A program made the position numbers and the translations under genes. The notes under the pieces are model-generated. The model did not search any database and was not told the origin of the DNA. It saw nothing but the letters and a program-made list of their open reading frames with translations. Shown in pieces: positions 15,324 through 25,501 of a DNA stretch of 32,000 nucleotides. The DNA is taken from NCBI GenBank assembly GCA_048939465.1, contig JBHLPL010000007.1, positions 897 through 32,896 on the forward strand, written 5' to 3'. The stretch is from Promethearchaeota archaeon (lineage in GTDB: Archaea; Asgardarchaeota; Odinarchaeia; Odinarchaeales; JBHLKK01). Numbering within the stretch: the first letter of the stretch is position 1; the number at the start of each line of letters is the position of its first letter.

Positions 15324-18170
15324 ATGGGGAAGGACTACATATTTGTTAAGGGAGCAAAAGTTCATAACCTCAAAAACATCGACGTGAGAATCCCTAGGAA
15401 CAATCTGGTTGCCATAACTGGCGTAAGCGGAAGTGGCAAAAGCTCGCTGGCATTCGATACCATATATGCTGAAGGTCAGCGTAGATACGTTGAGTCTCTT
15501 TCTGCTTACGCAAGGCAATTCCTTGAGCAAATGGAACGTCCCGATGTAGAGTACATTGAGGGCCTTTCTCCTGCTATAGCCATAGATCAAAAAGCTGTAA
15601 GCAAGAATCCACGTTCAACCGTGGGGACTGTTACCGAGATTTACGATTATCTGCGTTTACTTTTTTCAAACATTGGAATTCCCCACTGCTGGGTGTGTGG
15701 AAGAGAAATATCGCCTCAAAGTCCACAGGAAATAGTCGGCCAAATAATGGCTCTGGGAAAAGACAGAATTCTGATACTATCTCCTGTGGTAAGAGGAAAA
15801 AAAGGGCATTATCAAACCCTCTTTAGCGATCTGCAGAAGGAAGGATTTGTTAGAGTCCGGGTTGATGGGAGTGTATTCACTCTAGGCAAAGATGAGATTG
15901 AACTTGAAAGATACAAGAAGCACACTATTGAAATCGTGGTTGATAGAATAGCATTGGGTCAGGAAAGCTCCCAGCTGAGAAGCAGGATTGCAGACTCAGT
16001 GGAAACCGCTCTCCGATACTCGGAAGGTTTGGTAGGTACAGTCTCCACGGATTCTGGTAAAGAACAGCTGTTCAGCACCGCAATGGCGTGTTCAAGCTGT
16101 GGAGTTAGCTTGGAGAAACTAACACCCCGTATGTTTTCATTCAACTCTCCCTATGGAGCTTGTCGAACATGTGACGGTCTTGGAGTAATAATGAAGGTCG
16201 ATCCAAATCTAATTGTTCCAGACAAGACAATCTCTGTTTCTGAAGGGGCGGTATTGCCGCTAAGGAATATGAACAGCTATTACTACAAGATGCTTAGGTT
16301 AGTCGCAGAACATTATCGTTTCAGTCTTGATATTCCCTTTAAAGATATACCAGAAGAATGTCAAAAAATCGTCTTTTACGGCAGCAAGGATCCTATCAAA
16401 TTCACCATAAGAAGCACCTACGGGACAAGTGAGTGGAGCACATACAGGCCCTACGAAGGAATAGTAAACAACCTTGAAAGAAGATATCGCCAGACTAAAT
16501 CCTCCTACATTAGGTCTGAAATACAAAGGTACATGGCAAACCTACCGTGTCCAGAATGTGGTGGACATAGACTCAAACCAGAAAGCTTGGCAGTAACCAT
16601 AGGCGACAGAAACATTGCTAGGGTTTCTGAAATGTCAATAAAAGATGCCTACAAGTTCTTCTCTGAGCTGAGATTAACCGAAAGAGAGTCAATAATTGCG
16701 AAGAGGATACTAAGAGAGATTAAGGCTCGATTAGAGTTTTTGATTAATGTTGGCTTGGACTACCTTACAATCGACAGGTCCGCCTCGACATTGGCGGGCG
16801 GAGAAGCTCAGAGAATCAGGCTTGCAACCCAAGTAGGTTCCGGTCTCATGGGAGTCATCTATATACTTGATGAACCTAGTATCGGTCTTCATCAGAGGGA
16901 CATAGCCCGTCTTCTAGCAACGCTGAAGAGGTTGCGAGATCTTGGAAACACAGTGATCGTCGTTGAACACGATGAGTCCACCATAAGATCTGCCGATTAC
17001 ATAATTGATATGGGTCCCGGCGCCGGAGACTATGGAGGACGAATCGTCACGGCTGGAAAACTTGATAAGATTATTCGCAATGGGAATTCACTGACTACCA
17101 AGTACTTGAAGGAAGAAATCAAGATTCCTGTTCCCCCAACCCGACGAAAGAGCAAGTCTCATCTCACAATCAAAGGTGCAAGAGAGCATAATCTGAAGAA
17201 TATCGACGTTAAAATCCCTCTTGGGGTTCTTGTGTGTATTACGGGGGTTTCCGGAAGCGGCAAAAGCACTCTCATAAATGAGATCTTGTACAGGGGCCTG
17301 GCAAGGATCTTTTACAGATCAGGGTTAGCTCCCGGCGTTCACGACGGACTCAAAGGAGTCGAAAACATCGATAAGGTTGTTATTATTGATCAGTCTCCAA
17401 TCGGAAGAACTCCCCGTTCTAATCTAGCTACCTACACAGGAGCTTGGACTCCTATAAGAGAACTCTTCGCAAACACAACTGAGGCAAAAGGAAGAGGATA
17501 TTTCCCAGGGAGATTCAGCTTCAACGTCAGGGGCGGTAGATGCGGCGCCTGTGCGGGTCAGGGCATGATTAGGATTGAGATGCACTTCCTGCCGGACATC
17601 TACGTCACCTGTGACGTATGCAAGGGGAAGAGATTCAATCAAGAGACATTGGAGGTAACTTACAAAGGAAAGAACATAGCCGAAGTTCTTGATATGAGTG
17701 TCGACGCAGCTTTTGGATTCTTCAAGAATATACCTACCGTCAAAAGAGTCTTGCAGACCGTAAGGGACGTAGGTCTTGGCTATGTCAAACTCGGTCAGAC
17801 TGCACCTACGTTATCGGGTGGAGAAGCTCAGAGAATAAAACTGAGTCGCGAACTGAGCAAAAGGGAGACCGGCAACACCCTCTACATCTTGGACGAACCG
17901 ACCACCGGTCTTCATTTCGCGGACATTCACAGATTACTCGATGTTCTTAGCCGTCTGGTCGACGGGGGAAACACAGTTTTGATAATTGAGCATAACATGG
18001 AAGTGATCAAGAGCGCAGATTACATAATTGATCTAGGGCCCGAAGGAGGAGACGAAGGAGGGTGGGTAGTGGCTGAAGGAACACCAGAAGAGATAGCAAA
18101 ACGCCCCGATTCTTACACAGGTCAGTATCTGAGACGAATCCTGGACGCGGGAACAGACCGTCCTAATTAA
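15324..18170 (+). CDS. uvrA: Excinuclease ABC subunit A (start GTG 15321 or ATG 15324)
   Basis: [12 protein letters not shown], two Walker A motifs ([18 protein letters not shown]), [12 protein letters not shown], zinc fingers, [12 protein letters not shown] / [11 protein letters not shown] and LDEP motifs. Confidence 0.99.
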   Translation: MGKDYIFVKGAKVHNLKNIDVRIPRNNLVAITGVSGSGKSSLAFDTIYAEGQRRYVESLSAYARQFLEQMERPDVEYIEGLSPAIAIDQKAVSKNPRSTVGTVTEIYDYLRLLFSNIGIPHCWVCGREISPQSPQEIVGQIMALGKDRILILSPVVRGKKGHYQTLFSDLQKEGFVRVRVDGSVFTLGKDEIELERYKKHTIEIVVDRIALGQESSQLRSRIADSVETALRYSEGLVGTVSTDSGKEQLFSTAMACSSCGVSLEKLTPRMFSFNSPYGACRTCDGLGVIMKVDPNLIVPDKTISVSEGAVLPLRNMNSYYYKMLRLVAEHYRFSLDIPFKDIPEECQKIVFYGSKDPIKFTIRSTYGTSEWSTYRPYEGIVNNLERRYRQTKSSYIRSEIQRYMANLPCPECGGHRLKPESLAVTIGDRNIARVSEMSIKDAYKFFSELRLTERESIIAKRILREIKARLEFLINVGLDYLTIDRSASTLAGGEAQRIRLATQVGSGLMGVIYILDEPSIGLHQRDIARLLATLKRLRDLGNTVIVVEHDESTIRSADYIIDMGPGAGDYGGRIVTAGKLDKIIRNGNSLTTKYLKEEIKIPVPPTRRKSKSHLTIKGAREHNLKNIDVKIPLGVLVCITGVSGSGKSTLINEILYRGLARIFYRSGLAPGVHDGLKGVENIDKVVIIDQSPIGRTPRSNLATYTGAWTPIRELFANTTEAKGRGYFPGRFSFNVRGGRCGACAGQGMIRIEMHFLPDIYVTCDVCKGKRFNQETLEVTYKGKNIAEVLDMSVDAAFGFFKNIPTVKRVLQTVRDVGLGYVKLGQTAPTLSGGEAQRIKLSRELSKRETGNTLYILDEPTTGLHFADIHRLLDVLSRLVDGGNTVLIIEHNMEVIKSADYIIDLGPEGGDEGGWVVAEGTPEEIAKRPDSYTGQYLRRILDAGTDRPN

Positions 18171-18194
18171 ACCTTGATTACGGTTAAAGGGTGT

Positions 18195-18220
18195 TCTGTT
18201 AGAACATATGTTCTAACAGA
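18195..18220. promoter_or_regulatory. Perfect 26-bp palindrome with a GAAC-ATAT-GTTC (SOS/Cheo box-like) core upstream of uvrC
   Basis: TCTGTTAGAACAT|ATGTTCTAACAGA, extendable by GGTG/CACC with a 1-nt bulge. Lies about 25 nt downstream of TAATTAAA (18164-18171). Confidence 0.7.
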
Positions 18221-18287
18221 CACCGAAGTCGAGAGATGCGGTATCGATAGAAGGATGAAGATCAAAAATTGGGTTGGAGGACTACAC

Positions 18288-20123
18288 TTGACCCTCAGAG
18301 ATGAAATCAACAAGACTTTTCCTAACAAGCCAGGAGTGTATTTCTTGAAAGACTCCAAGGGAGACATCATCTACATAGGGAAAGCTAAGGCTCTCAAGAA
18401 GCGAGTGCTTCAACATCTCGGGAGCAGAGATCCCAAAGAGAGCAATATTCGTAATAACACGACAGATGTTGATTTCATCACCACGGATACTGAAGCTGAG
18501 GCTCTGGGTCTTGAGATCGAGATGATAAAGAAGAATAGACCACGATTCAATGTCTTTTTCAAAGATGATAAGTCCTACCCATATGTCAGGGTGACTCGGG
18601 AAGAAGAATATCCCCGCTTATTCATAGCACGAAAGCTCAAGACCAAGAAAGATAAATCAGAGTACATCGGGCCTTATAGCGGTGTCCCAGCTCTCAAAAG
18701 AACGCTGAACTTCCTAAGAAAGAGCTTTCCAGTAGCCAGCTGCAAATCAAAGATTATCGTAGGTAAAAGGAAACGTCCTTGTCTTGAGTACAACATCAAA
18801 AGATGCCTTGCACCATGTGTCAAACCCGTTAACACGGCGGAATATCAAAAATTGGTAAATCAGTTTACGTTCTTTTTAGAAGGCCGAGACAAGCAACTGA
18901 TTGGCGAATTAAAAAGAGAAATGAGTAACGCATCAGACAAGCTAGAGTTTGAGCGAGCTGCTCTTCTGAGGGATAGACTGGAAGCTGTTGAAAGGACGAT
19001 TGAGAGACGCATGATTTCTTTGGATATCGGAGACCACGATTTCCTTGGACTGTCAAAAGAAGGTGGTTTAGCATGTTTGACTTTGCTTTCGGTAAGAGAG
19101 GGAAGAATGACAGAGCAAAATAGTTTTGTACTGAGGGTGCCAGAAGGAAGCTCAAAAGAAGATGTTTTGGAAAGCTTCATCGAGCAATATTACTATCAGT
19201 CCACACACATTCCTGCTGCAGTGATCATTCCCTTCAAGATCAAAAGCGATGAGGCCCTTGAGGCATTGCTCTCCTCTCTCCGTGGCAATATTGTGAGAAT
19301 CAATAAACCTAAGGAAGACATTGAACTGAAATTGCAGCGGTCAGTAACTGAAAACGCGGAGACAACTCTGAAACGAACGATCTTAAGGCAGCAACTCGAA
19401 GCTCAAAAGGCCCAGCTGATCGTAGAGGACCTAAAAAAGCATCTACCAGTCGGACTGAAGTTGGACGAGCTGGAGGTAGTTGAAGGATTTGACGTTTCTG
19501 CCTTGATGGGGGCTAATGCTGTTGGATCCTGTGTTGTCTTTAAAGATTGCAAACCCAAGAAAAGCGATTATCGCCGATTCAAAATAAAATGGATTAAAGG
19601 ACAAGATGATTTTGCTATGATGGAAGAGATTGTTGAACGCAGGCTGGAGCAGCTTCTCAACGATGGCGAGAAGCTGCCAGATCTGATTCTCGTGGATGGT
19701 GGAATAGGTCAGCTGAATGCCGCGCTCAAGGCAGAGCAGAGAACCGCTGTAAGAACTCCTACTATTGCTTTGGCCAAGGAACATGAGGAAATCTATGTTC
19801 CGGGGTTTAGAAGTCCAGTTAAACTACCTGAAGATTCACCTGCTCTGCTGTTCCTGCGTAGAGTTAGAGACGAGGCTCATAGGTTCGCTGTATCCTACCA
19901 TCGCAAGTTAAGAAAAGACAAGATGGTAAGATCTTCCCTGGATGAGATCCCCGGAGTTGGACCTAAGACAAGGAATAAGCTTCTGAAGCATTTCGGGAGT
20001 GTTGAGCGTATAGCTGTGCTAAATGTTGAAGAGCTACGTTCTATTTCTATAGGTAAGAAACTCGCTGAAAGGATTTTAAAACACCTGCGCAACCGCTATC
20101 CCAAAAGGCCTGGAAATGAATAA
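18288..20123 (+). CDS. uvrC: Excinuclease ABC subunit C
   Basis: GIY-YIG domain (PGVYFLKD..IIYIGKA), Cys cluster, FERAALLRD UVR domain, EGFDVS, PDLILVDGG..QL, RDEAHRFA and a C-terminal HhH. TTG at 18288 follows GGAGG; the ORF-track start at 18174 would read through the palindrome. Confidence 0.98.
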   Translation: MTLRDEINKTFPNKPGVYFLKDSKGDIIYIGKAKALKKRVLQHLGSRDPKESNIRNNTTDVDFITTDTEAEALGLEIEMIKKNRPRFNVFFKDDKSYPYVRVTREEEYPRLFIARKLKTKKDKSEYIGPYSGVPALKRTLNFLRKSFPVASCKSKIIVGKRKRPCLEYNIKRCLAPCVKPVNTAEYQKLVNQFTFFLEGRDKQLIGELKREMSNASDKLEFERAALLRDRLEAVERTIERRMISLDIGDHDFLGLSKEGGLACLTLLSVREGRMTEQNSFVLRVPEGSSKEDVLESFIEQYYYQSTHIPAAVIIPFKIKSDEALEALLSSLRGNIVRINKPKEDIELKLQRSVTENAETTLKRTILRQQLEAQKAQLIVEDLKKHLPVGLKLDELEVVEGFDVSALMGANAVGSCVVFKDCKPKKSDYRRFKIKWIKGQDDFAMMEEIVERRLEQLLNDGEKLPDLILVDGGIGQLNAALKAEQRTAVRTPTIALAKEHEEIYVPGFRSPVKLPEDSPALLFLRRVRDEAHRFAVSYHRKLRKDKMVRSSLDEIPGVGPKTRNKLLKHFGSVERIAVLNVEELRSISIGKKLAERILKHLRNRYPKRPGNE

Positions 20124-20411
20124 TTGCGTCTCAGGCTTGTGAACCAGCCCTTTCCTGGCTCTTGAATCTCCTTCAGGATTTTGGCAGAGGAGCACACTGA
20201 TCCTTTGATTTCTTCAGTTCTTATTAGCAAATTTCTCCAGGAGTCCAATCGTCGTACTTTTGTCAACACTCACATATCCAGAACTTTCACACAATCAGAA
20301 CTCACTCCAGACTCTGGACATGTTGAATACGAGTACTTATATATTCTATCGTAATTTTTAAAAACTTGAACGTGATTCTTTTAGTCTATTTGAAGATCGC
20401 GAGGGAAAGGT

Positions 20412-20654
20412 GTGATTAAGATTCGCTGCGACAAATGCAAAACAGAGTTCAGAACGGTCATAATGATTCCAAAATCCGTCCCGGAATCTAACATGATGGG
20501 AATTGTTAGTTGGACTCAAGAAACTAGATGTCCAAAATGTCAGACAGTTATTAAGGTCAAACCTTGGTATGACGTAAACGATTTTTTCTATGGGGTTGAT
20601 GTTGAGCACGGCGTCTTGACGTCGAAGCTTCCTAAACCCTCTTGGGTACCTTAG
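20412..20654 (+). CDS. Small zinc-ribbon protein (CDKC...CPKC)
   Basis: Two CxxC pairs 30 residues apart; GTG start after GGAAAGG; AT-rich promoter-like region upstream. Confidence 0.6.
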   Translation: MIKIRCDKCKTEFRTVIMIPKSVPESNMMGIVSWTQETRCPKCQTVIKVKPWYDVNDFFYGVDVEHGVLTSKLPKPSWVP

Positions 20655-20671
20655 TCTGGAGGGAGACCTAT

Positions 20672-21652
20672 TTGAGTAAGAAGGAGGACGAAATCGGAAC
20701 TGCAGAAGTGAGGAAGAACATCGCTGAAATACTAAGCTCGGGTAGGAAGAAACTGGGGAGAGGCTTGCTCTTCAAAGTCGCGGAGAATGTTAAGGAATCG
20801 GTTTTCTTGCCGCTAGCGGAACTCGTTGTTTTCTTCTTGATATTCCTATTCCTCGCAAAGCCTTTTTACGGCATCTTTTTTGCATCCTCACTTGACGTTA
20901 ACGTCGCCATTTTAATTTCCTTGTTCTGCAGTTTTTTTGTTGTTTTGCCCTTGAACAGTCTTCTAAGCTTCATCAGCTCCAACAAAGAAAAGAAGGTTTT
21001 CAGAGAAGAAGGGCTAATTCGCGAGGTAGAAAAACTTGCTGAACTTGAGGCCAGAGAGCTTGGTTCTCAACTTGCTGCCAAGGGAGAAGTCTCTGCTCAT
21101 TTTGATTCCAAACTCCTATGGAGCCTTTTAGAGATAAACGAGGGATATGTTATTCGTGGTCCAAGAGGAAGTGAGTATCTCTTCAGCAAAAACGGGGTAA
21201 CTTTTAAGATATCTGATGAAGTTTTCTACCAAGGGAATTGGGGACGTTTTCTTGTGGTACACTGCCAGAAACCACTGCCTGCAGATCTAGTCCGTTTTGA
21301 GCTTTTAATAACGCCTCCTTTTGTAAAAAAATCCCTGAGAGCCAAAGGAAGGAAGGATAATGAGTTTGTGCGTCTTCTACCAGAGGCCAGGGGATATCTG
21401 AGGAAGCTAATTCGTCTTGCAAATAGTCTGTCCAATACAAGGAGGGCAAGATTGCGGGTAACCGACAAGCGGACTGAGCTTATCATAGAAGACTATAAAC
21501 CATTTGAAGAAGTAAAAGAATATGGAATCGTTTTGGACGCATTGAGGGGTTTGGATGTCCTCTTAAGGAGAATCAGCTATGCGCCGTCTAGGTTAGAACC
21601 ACAGTTCGGGCAGAAACGAACATCCTTTATTTCAATCCTTACCCCACAGTAA
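20672..21652 (+). CDS. Hypothetical membrane protein, two TM helices plus a soluble C-terminal domain
   Basis: Long ORF with a hydrophobic hairpin. TTG at 20672 after GGAGGGAG is preferred over 20642. Confidence 0.75.
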   Translation: MSKKEDEIGTAEVRKNIAEILSSGRKKLGRGLLFKVAENVKESVFLPLAELVVFFLIFLFLAKPFYGIFFASSLDVNVAILISLFCSFFVVLPLNSLLSFISSNKEKKVFREEGLIREVEKLAELEARELGSQLAAKGEVSAHFDSKLLWSLLEINEGYVIRGPRGSEYLFSKNGVTFKISDEVFYQGNWGRFLVVHCQKPLPADLVRFELLITPPFVKKSLRAKGRKDNEFVRLLPEARGYLRKLIRLANSLSNTRRARLRVTDKRTELIIEDYKPFEEVKEYGIVLDALRGLDVLLRRISYAPSRLEPQFGQKRTSFISILTPQ

Positions 21653-22215
21653 GGACAGAAATTGACGTCGCTGTCCGATGACTGGACATTAACCTCTGAT
21701 GGTTCTGGTTCAAATTCTTCAATTTCCACAGGTTCGGCTTCAGGTTCAGGTTCAGATTCAAACTCGAACTCGGAAAACGATACTCTTTTGCCCCCTGAAG
21801 TCGAGGACTGTAGACTTCTCATACCATCATATGAAAGATCCAGTTGATTAAGAGCCTCTTTTGGAAGGTTTTTCCATTCCTGTCTTGCGAAGAGATTCTT
21901 GAGGACCTTGACTTTTGGAATAGGACCCTTAAGCTCCATATGATTGCCATTCTCAAGTCCGAACTCCAGCCTGGAGCTTCCATCTGCACGCCACCTTTTG
22001 ACTTTATGAAGGGGGATTACGTATGTTCTCTCTTCCTCGTCTTGATAGTAGATGCGATAATTCGTCAATATGAAGTTCTTCCAGTGGAGAATCCATCTTT
22101 CCCCCCTAAGTTTCGGATATTCCTTTAGGAAGGTTCTTACAAACATGCTGGCACCCTTGATTGGTTCCCATTCATCTTCAATAATACTGGACATACCTGA
22201 TGCCTCCAATATCAT
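21577..22215 (-). CDS. PH-like domain + acidic Pro/Glu linker + C-terminal double zinc ribbon protein (start 22215 or 22194)
   Basis: FILTNYRIYY...IPLHKV...LEFGLENG beta-rich PH-like segment; EFEFESEPEPEAEP linker; CPYCG...FCPNCG. Confidence 0.72.
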   Translation of the reverse strand: MILEASGMSSIIEDEWEPIKGASMFVRTFLKEYPKLRGERWILHWKNFILTNYRIYYQDEEERTYVIPLHKVKRWRADGSSRLEFGLENGNHMELKGPIPKVKVLKNLFARQEWKNLPKEALNQLDLSYDGMRSLQSSTSGGKRVSFSEFEFESEPEPEAEPVEIEEFEPEPSEVNVQSSDSDVNFCPYCGVRIEIKDVRFCPNCGSNLDGA

Positions 22216-22427
22216 ATAATAATATACAATATCTCCGTATTAAATACCAAGCTAAGGTTGCATAGAGTTTCGCAAGTATTTGATTCATGAATTGTGCTTT
22301 CCTCAAAGAAGAAATACCATCCCACATTTATATATCTTGCTTTAATTCACTAGTTTTAAATAATCTTGACTCTTTGAGTGCTTGACTAATAACGTACGAA
22401 GATTCGAACTTAGTTGAGGCCGTTAGG

Positions 22428-23360
22428 TTGCAGCCGGTTGTTAGCGCGATAGGACTGACGAAGGTGTTTGAAAGAACTACAGCAGTCGATCACATAAGTT
22501 TCGGAGTTAAACGTGGAGAAGTATTCAGCCTTTTGGGCCCAAATGGAGCCGGAAAAACAACAACAGTTCGTATGCTGTGCGGGCTACTGAGACCTACCGA
22601 GGGAACTGCAACAGTAGCTGGTTATGATATAGTTCATGAAACGAACAAGGTCCGACAAATCTCAGGTTTTCTTCCCGAGATTCATGGACTCTATGAACGT
22701 CTATCGGCTTATGAAAACTTGGACTTCTACGGTCAATTATACGATGTACCTCAAAATGTACGAAAAACCAAAATAAGAGAATTACTAGAGCTTGTAGGTC
22801 TATGGGAAAGACGCAATGAAAAGATCGGAACTTTTAGTCGGGGAATGAAGCAGAAGATCGCAATAGCAAGATCCCTTGTACATGATCCCGAGATTCTTTT
22901 CTTGGACGAACCAACAAGCGGCCTAGATCCTACGATGTCAAGGAAAGTACGTGACTTCATAACGGAATTATGCAAAAAGCAAAGACGAACTGCGTTTATC
23001 TGTACGCACAGACTGGCAGAGGCAGATGAATTATCCAGCCGCGTCGTGATTATCCATAGAGGAAGAAAGGTTGCAGTTGGGGAAACTGAAAGCATGCGTA
23101 AGAAGCTTTGGAAGTTCCGAAGGTTCAGACTAAGTCTAGTAAGACTTACTGCGAATGTCTCAAAAATCCTGAAGGAAATTCCTGATATTTCAAAAATCGA
23201 AACCAAGGATAATGATGTATTTCTCGAGGTTGAGAATCCGATTCAAACCAATCCCGTTATTGCTAGTGCAGTTGTCAAAGCTGGTGGCCAAATAATCGCT
23301 TTTGAAGAGGTCAAAAGGTCCTTAGAAGAGATTTACCTAAAGATTATGGGGGGGTTGTGA
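22428..23360 (+). CDS. ABC-2 type exporter ATP-binding subunit
   Basis: GPNGAGKTT Walker A, FSRGMKQ signature, LFLDEPTSGLDP and an H-loop. Confidence 0.96.
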   Translation: MQPVVSAIGLTKVFERTTAVDHISFGVKRGEVFSLLGPNGAGKTTTVRMLCGLLRPTEGTATVAGYDIVHETNKVRQISGFLPEIHGLYERLSAYENLDFYGQLYDVPQNVRKTKIRELLELVGLWERRNEKIGTFSRGMKQKIAIARSLVHDPEILFLDEPTSGLDPTMSRKVRDFITELCKKQRRTAFICTHRLAEADELSSRVVIIHRGRKVAVGETESMRKKLWKFRRFRLSLVRLTANVSKILKEIPDISKIETKDNDVFLEVENPIQTNPVIASAVVKAGGQIIAFEEVKRSLEEIYLKIMGGL

Positions 23361-24161
23361 GTGTCTCGGAAGCCGTGGATCATTGCTAGAAAGGAAATCC
23401 GAGAAATAATCATTAGGAGCAAATACATTCTGCTAACAACAGTCGGCATGGCTATTCTTATGGGTGTAGTCTTACCGTTCATTATGACACTTACCTTTAT
23501 GGGAGCCATTCAATCTGCGGAACCAATACCCCCTGAATTTGCAAACATTCCTGAATTCGTTCCTGGTCAAGAGAGCATGACATCAGGGCAAGTCATGTTT
23601 ATTTTTATGATTTACACGATGATTGGGACATTTCACATTATGGTACCTGCAATGTTGCCGATTTATATTGCGGCGGACAGCTTTGCAGGAGAAAGAGAAA
23701 GAAAGACCATCGAACCGTTACTGGCCACACCATTAACGAACAAAGATCTCCTGCTGGGAAAAATCCTCACATCCTTTATCCCATCAATAATTGGAGCATT
23801 TGGCGGATACGGGGCCACAGTTGCCATTGTCAATGTTCTGGCATGGCCAATATACGGAATGATCATATTTCCTAATTCCAGCTACTTTTTGTTAGAGTTA
23901 ATCGGTGCACCACTGATCGCTTTGGCTGGAATACTGCTTATGGTTGTTGTTTCGACCAAAGTACACCGAGTTCGTGAGGCTAGTCAAGTAGGTGGGGTGG
24001 TTGTGATTCCCATTCTGGCACTAATGTTTGGTCAAATGCTTGGTTTTCTTGTCTTCACAATGGTCAACGTACTCTTGATTCTGCTCTCGATCGGAATTGC
24101 TGATGCGTTATTTTACCGACTGGCCGTCGGAATCTTTAATCGAGAAAAGCTTCTCAGCTAG
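23361..24161 (+). CDS. ABC-2 type exporter permease
   Basis: IARKE N-terminus, ADSFAGERERKTIEPLLATPL...GK motif and six TM segments; abuts the ATPase gene. Confidence 0.93.
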   Translation: MSRKPWIIARKEIREIIIRSKYILLTTVGMAILMGVVLPFIMTLTFMGAIQSAEPIPPEFANIPEFVPGQESMTSGQVMFIFMIYTMIGTFHIMVPAMLPIYIAADSFAGERERKTIEPLLATPLTNKDLLLGKILTSFIPSIIGAFGGYGATVAIVNVLAWPIYGMIIFPNSSYFLLELIGAPLIALAGILLMVVVSTKVHRVREASQVGGVVVIPILALMFGQMLGFLVFTMVNVLLILLSIGIADALFYRLAVGIFNREKLLS

Positions 24162-25420
24162 GTATAGCGCCGGGTTCCATCAAATGTATCCAAGCGAGTC
24201 TGTCTCCTGAAAAAATCATACAGCTGGCTTTTCTCCAGCCATTTCTCCAAGGGAATAATAAGACTTCTCCCTGCTGTTTTGAGAGCATCATCAAGATTAG
24301 TATAACGTTTAGGTTTTGTTTTCATTGCGTTGCGGACATTCTCTCTTATCTGCCAGACACCCAATGGCAAAACATAACCTGGTCTTACCTCACGTAGAAT
24401 GAGAGCTGCAGCTTGACGCCTAACACGATTCAGATACTCACCAATAGCCAATCTAGCTGCATAATATGCTCCCGCTACCCTTGAAGCGTAATCTTTCCTC
24501 CCAGAGTAGAATTCGTAGTCATTAACAATTATCGGTTCATGACCCTGAGCTACCCAAGCTGATCCTGGGTACCAAGTCTCAAGCATTTCAAAAGACCAGC
24601 TTGATGGTATTAGTATTATCTTGAAATGATTATCGAGGTAATTAGATTCAAAAAGCATATTTTCACTTATCTCTGGATAGCATTTGATTCCTTGAATGAG
24701 GCTCTTGGATATGATGCTATCAACGGTGGTTATGCTCCATCTCGTTGGAACTAGTCTTCTGTGTTTATGTGTCCCAAGAAGGCCTGCTGATAGGAGTTGA
24801 TTTATCTGGGTTACTGAGAACCCCATCTTATACAGGGATATTGAAGCGGGTCTTGCTTTTAGATCCGTGTCAGAAACAACGTAATCCAGTTTGGGGTGTA
24901 TCTTTGGATTCTCAGCTATGACTACTTTTTCGACCTTGCCAATAGGCCCCATCGGCTGACTATAGCTATCAAACTCCAACCTGAATCTAGGTTCCTTTTC
25001 AAATATCGCTTCAGTATCCACAGGGCTCTTCGCCATGATTATTAGCTGACTAGTCTCCAGAAATCGATTGTCTTGAGGCTTTTTTACGTTTACAGGAAAT
25101 ACCGACCTCACCAAGCTGGTTCGATAATTGACAATAGTATCAATCGGTTTACCGTACCAAAAATCGGGCTCGTTTAATATAAGTGCATTATCGTCCAGAT
25201 AAGGGGGAATAAGTGGCCCAACTGAAACTCGAGGATAGTTGTACCTACCGACGAAAAGCGCAGGCGGACTCGAGCCGAAGATCTCTTTTGACAGTATTAC
25301 CTTCTTGAGGGGAGCTATGGCTAGCTGACGCATTAATACGGGACATGAAGCTTTGCCACAGAGAAGCCTTGATCCCTTACACAGCACGCATAACTCGGAT
25401 GTCGAAGGAGGACGCACCAA
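24158..25420 (-). CDS. nreA: Nre family archaeal DNA repair protein with a C-terminal PIP box
   Basis: LCVLCKG.RLLCG...CP N-terminus, GSSPP..FVGR..YP, RRLVPTRWSITTVD, GAYYAARL, PLGVWQIRE, and PIP box QTRLDTF (24202-24182). Confidence 0.93.
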   Translation of the reverse strand: MVRPPSTSELCVLCKGSRLLCGKASCPVLMRQLAIAPLKKVILSKEIFGSSPPALFVGRYNYPRVSVGPLIPPYLDDNALILNEPDFWYGKPIDTIVNYRTSLVRSVFPVNVKKPQDNRFLETSQLIIMAKSPVDTEAIFEKEPRFRLEFDSYSQPMGPIGKVEKVVIAENPKIHPKLDYVVSDTDLKARPASISLYKMGFSVTQINQLLSAGLLGTHKHRRLVPTRWSITTVDSIISKSLIQGIKCYPEISENMLFESNYLDNHFKIILIPSSWSFEMLETWYPGSAWVAQGHEPIIVNDYEFYSGRKDYASRVAGAYYAARLAIGEYLNRVRRQAAALILREVRPGYVLPLGVWQIRENVRNAMKTKPKRYTNLDDALKTAGRSLIIPLEKWLEKSQLYDFFRRQTRLDTFDGTRRYT

Positions 25421-25501
25421 CTCTCATCGAATATTGCTCAGCTCCCTAACATTTAAAGGTTTTTTAAGGCTTTATGATAATCCCAGGTGTTGTGAGTCAT
25501 A

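Noticed and set aside
15282-15590. 102-aa minus-strand ORF over the uvrA 5' end, plus other antisense ORFs within uvrA and uvrC
   Set aside because: Antisense shadows of highly conserved genes; no independent RBS or motif.
18174-18287. 38-aa N-terminal extension of UvrC in the ORF track
   Set aside because: Not UvrC-like and spans the palindrome; a TTG with a GGAGG RBS at 18288 fits the GIY-YIG start.
20124-20411. 290-nt intergenic region: possible minus-strand gene remnant (VLTKVRRLDSW…) and short palindrome TCCAG-ACT-CTGGA
   Set aside because: Fragments under 60 codons with no recognisable motif or RBS; 5-bp arms are expected by chance; no tRNA or ncRNA structure recognised.
21700-21775. 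Short tandem repeats (TCAGGT, AACTCG units)
   Set aside because: Simply encode the EPEPE/EFEFE low-complexity linker; not a CRISPR or DNA-level repeat.
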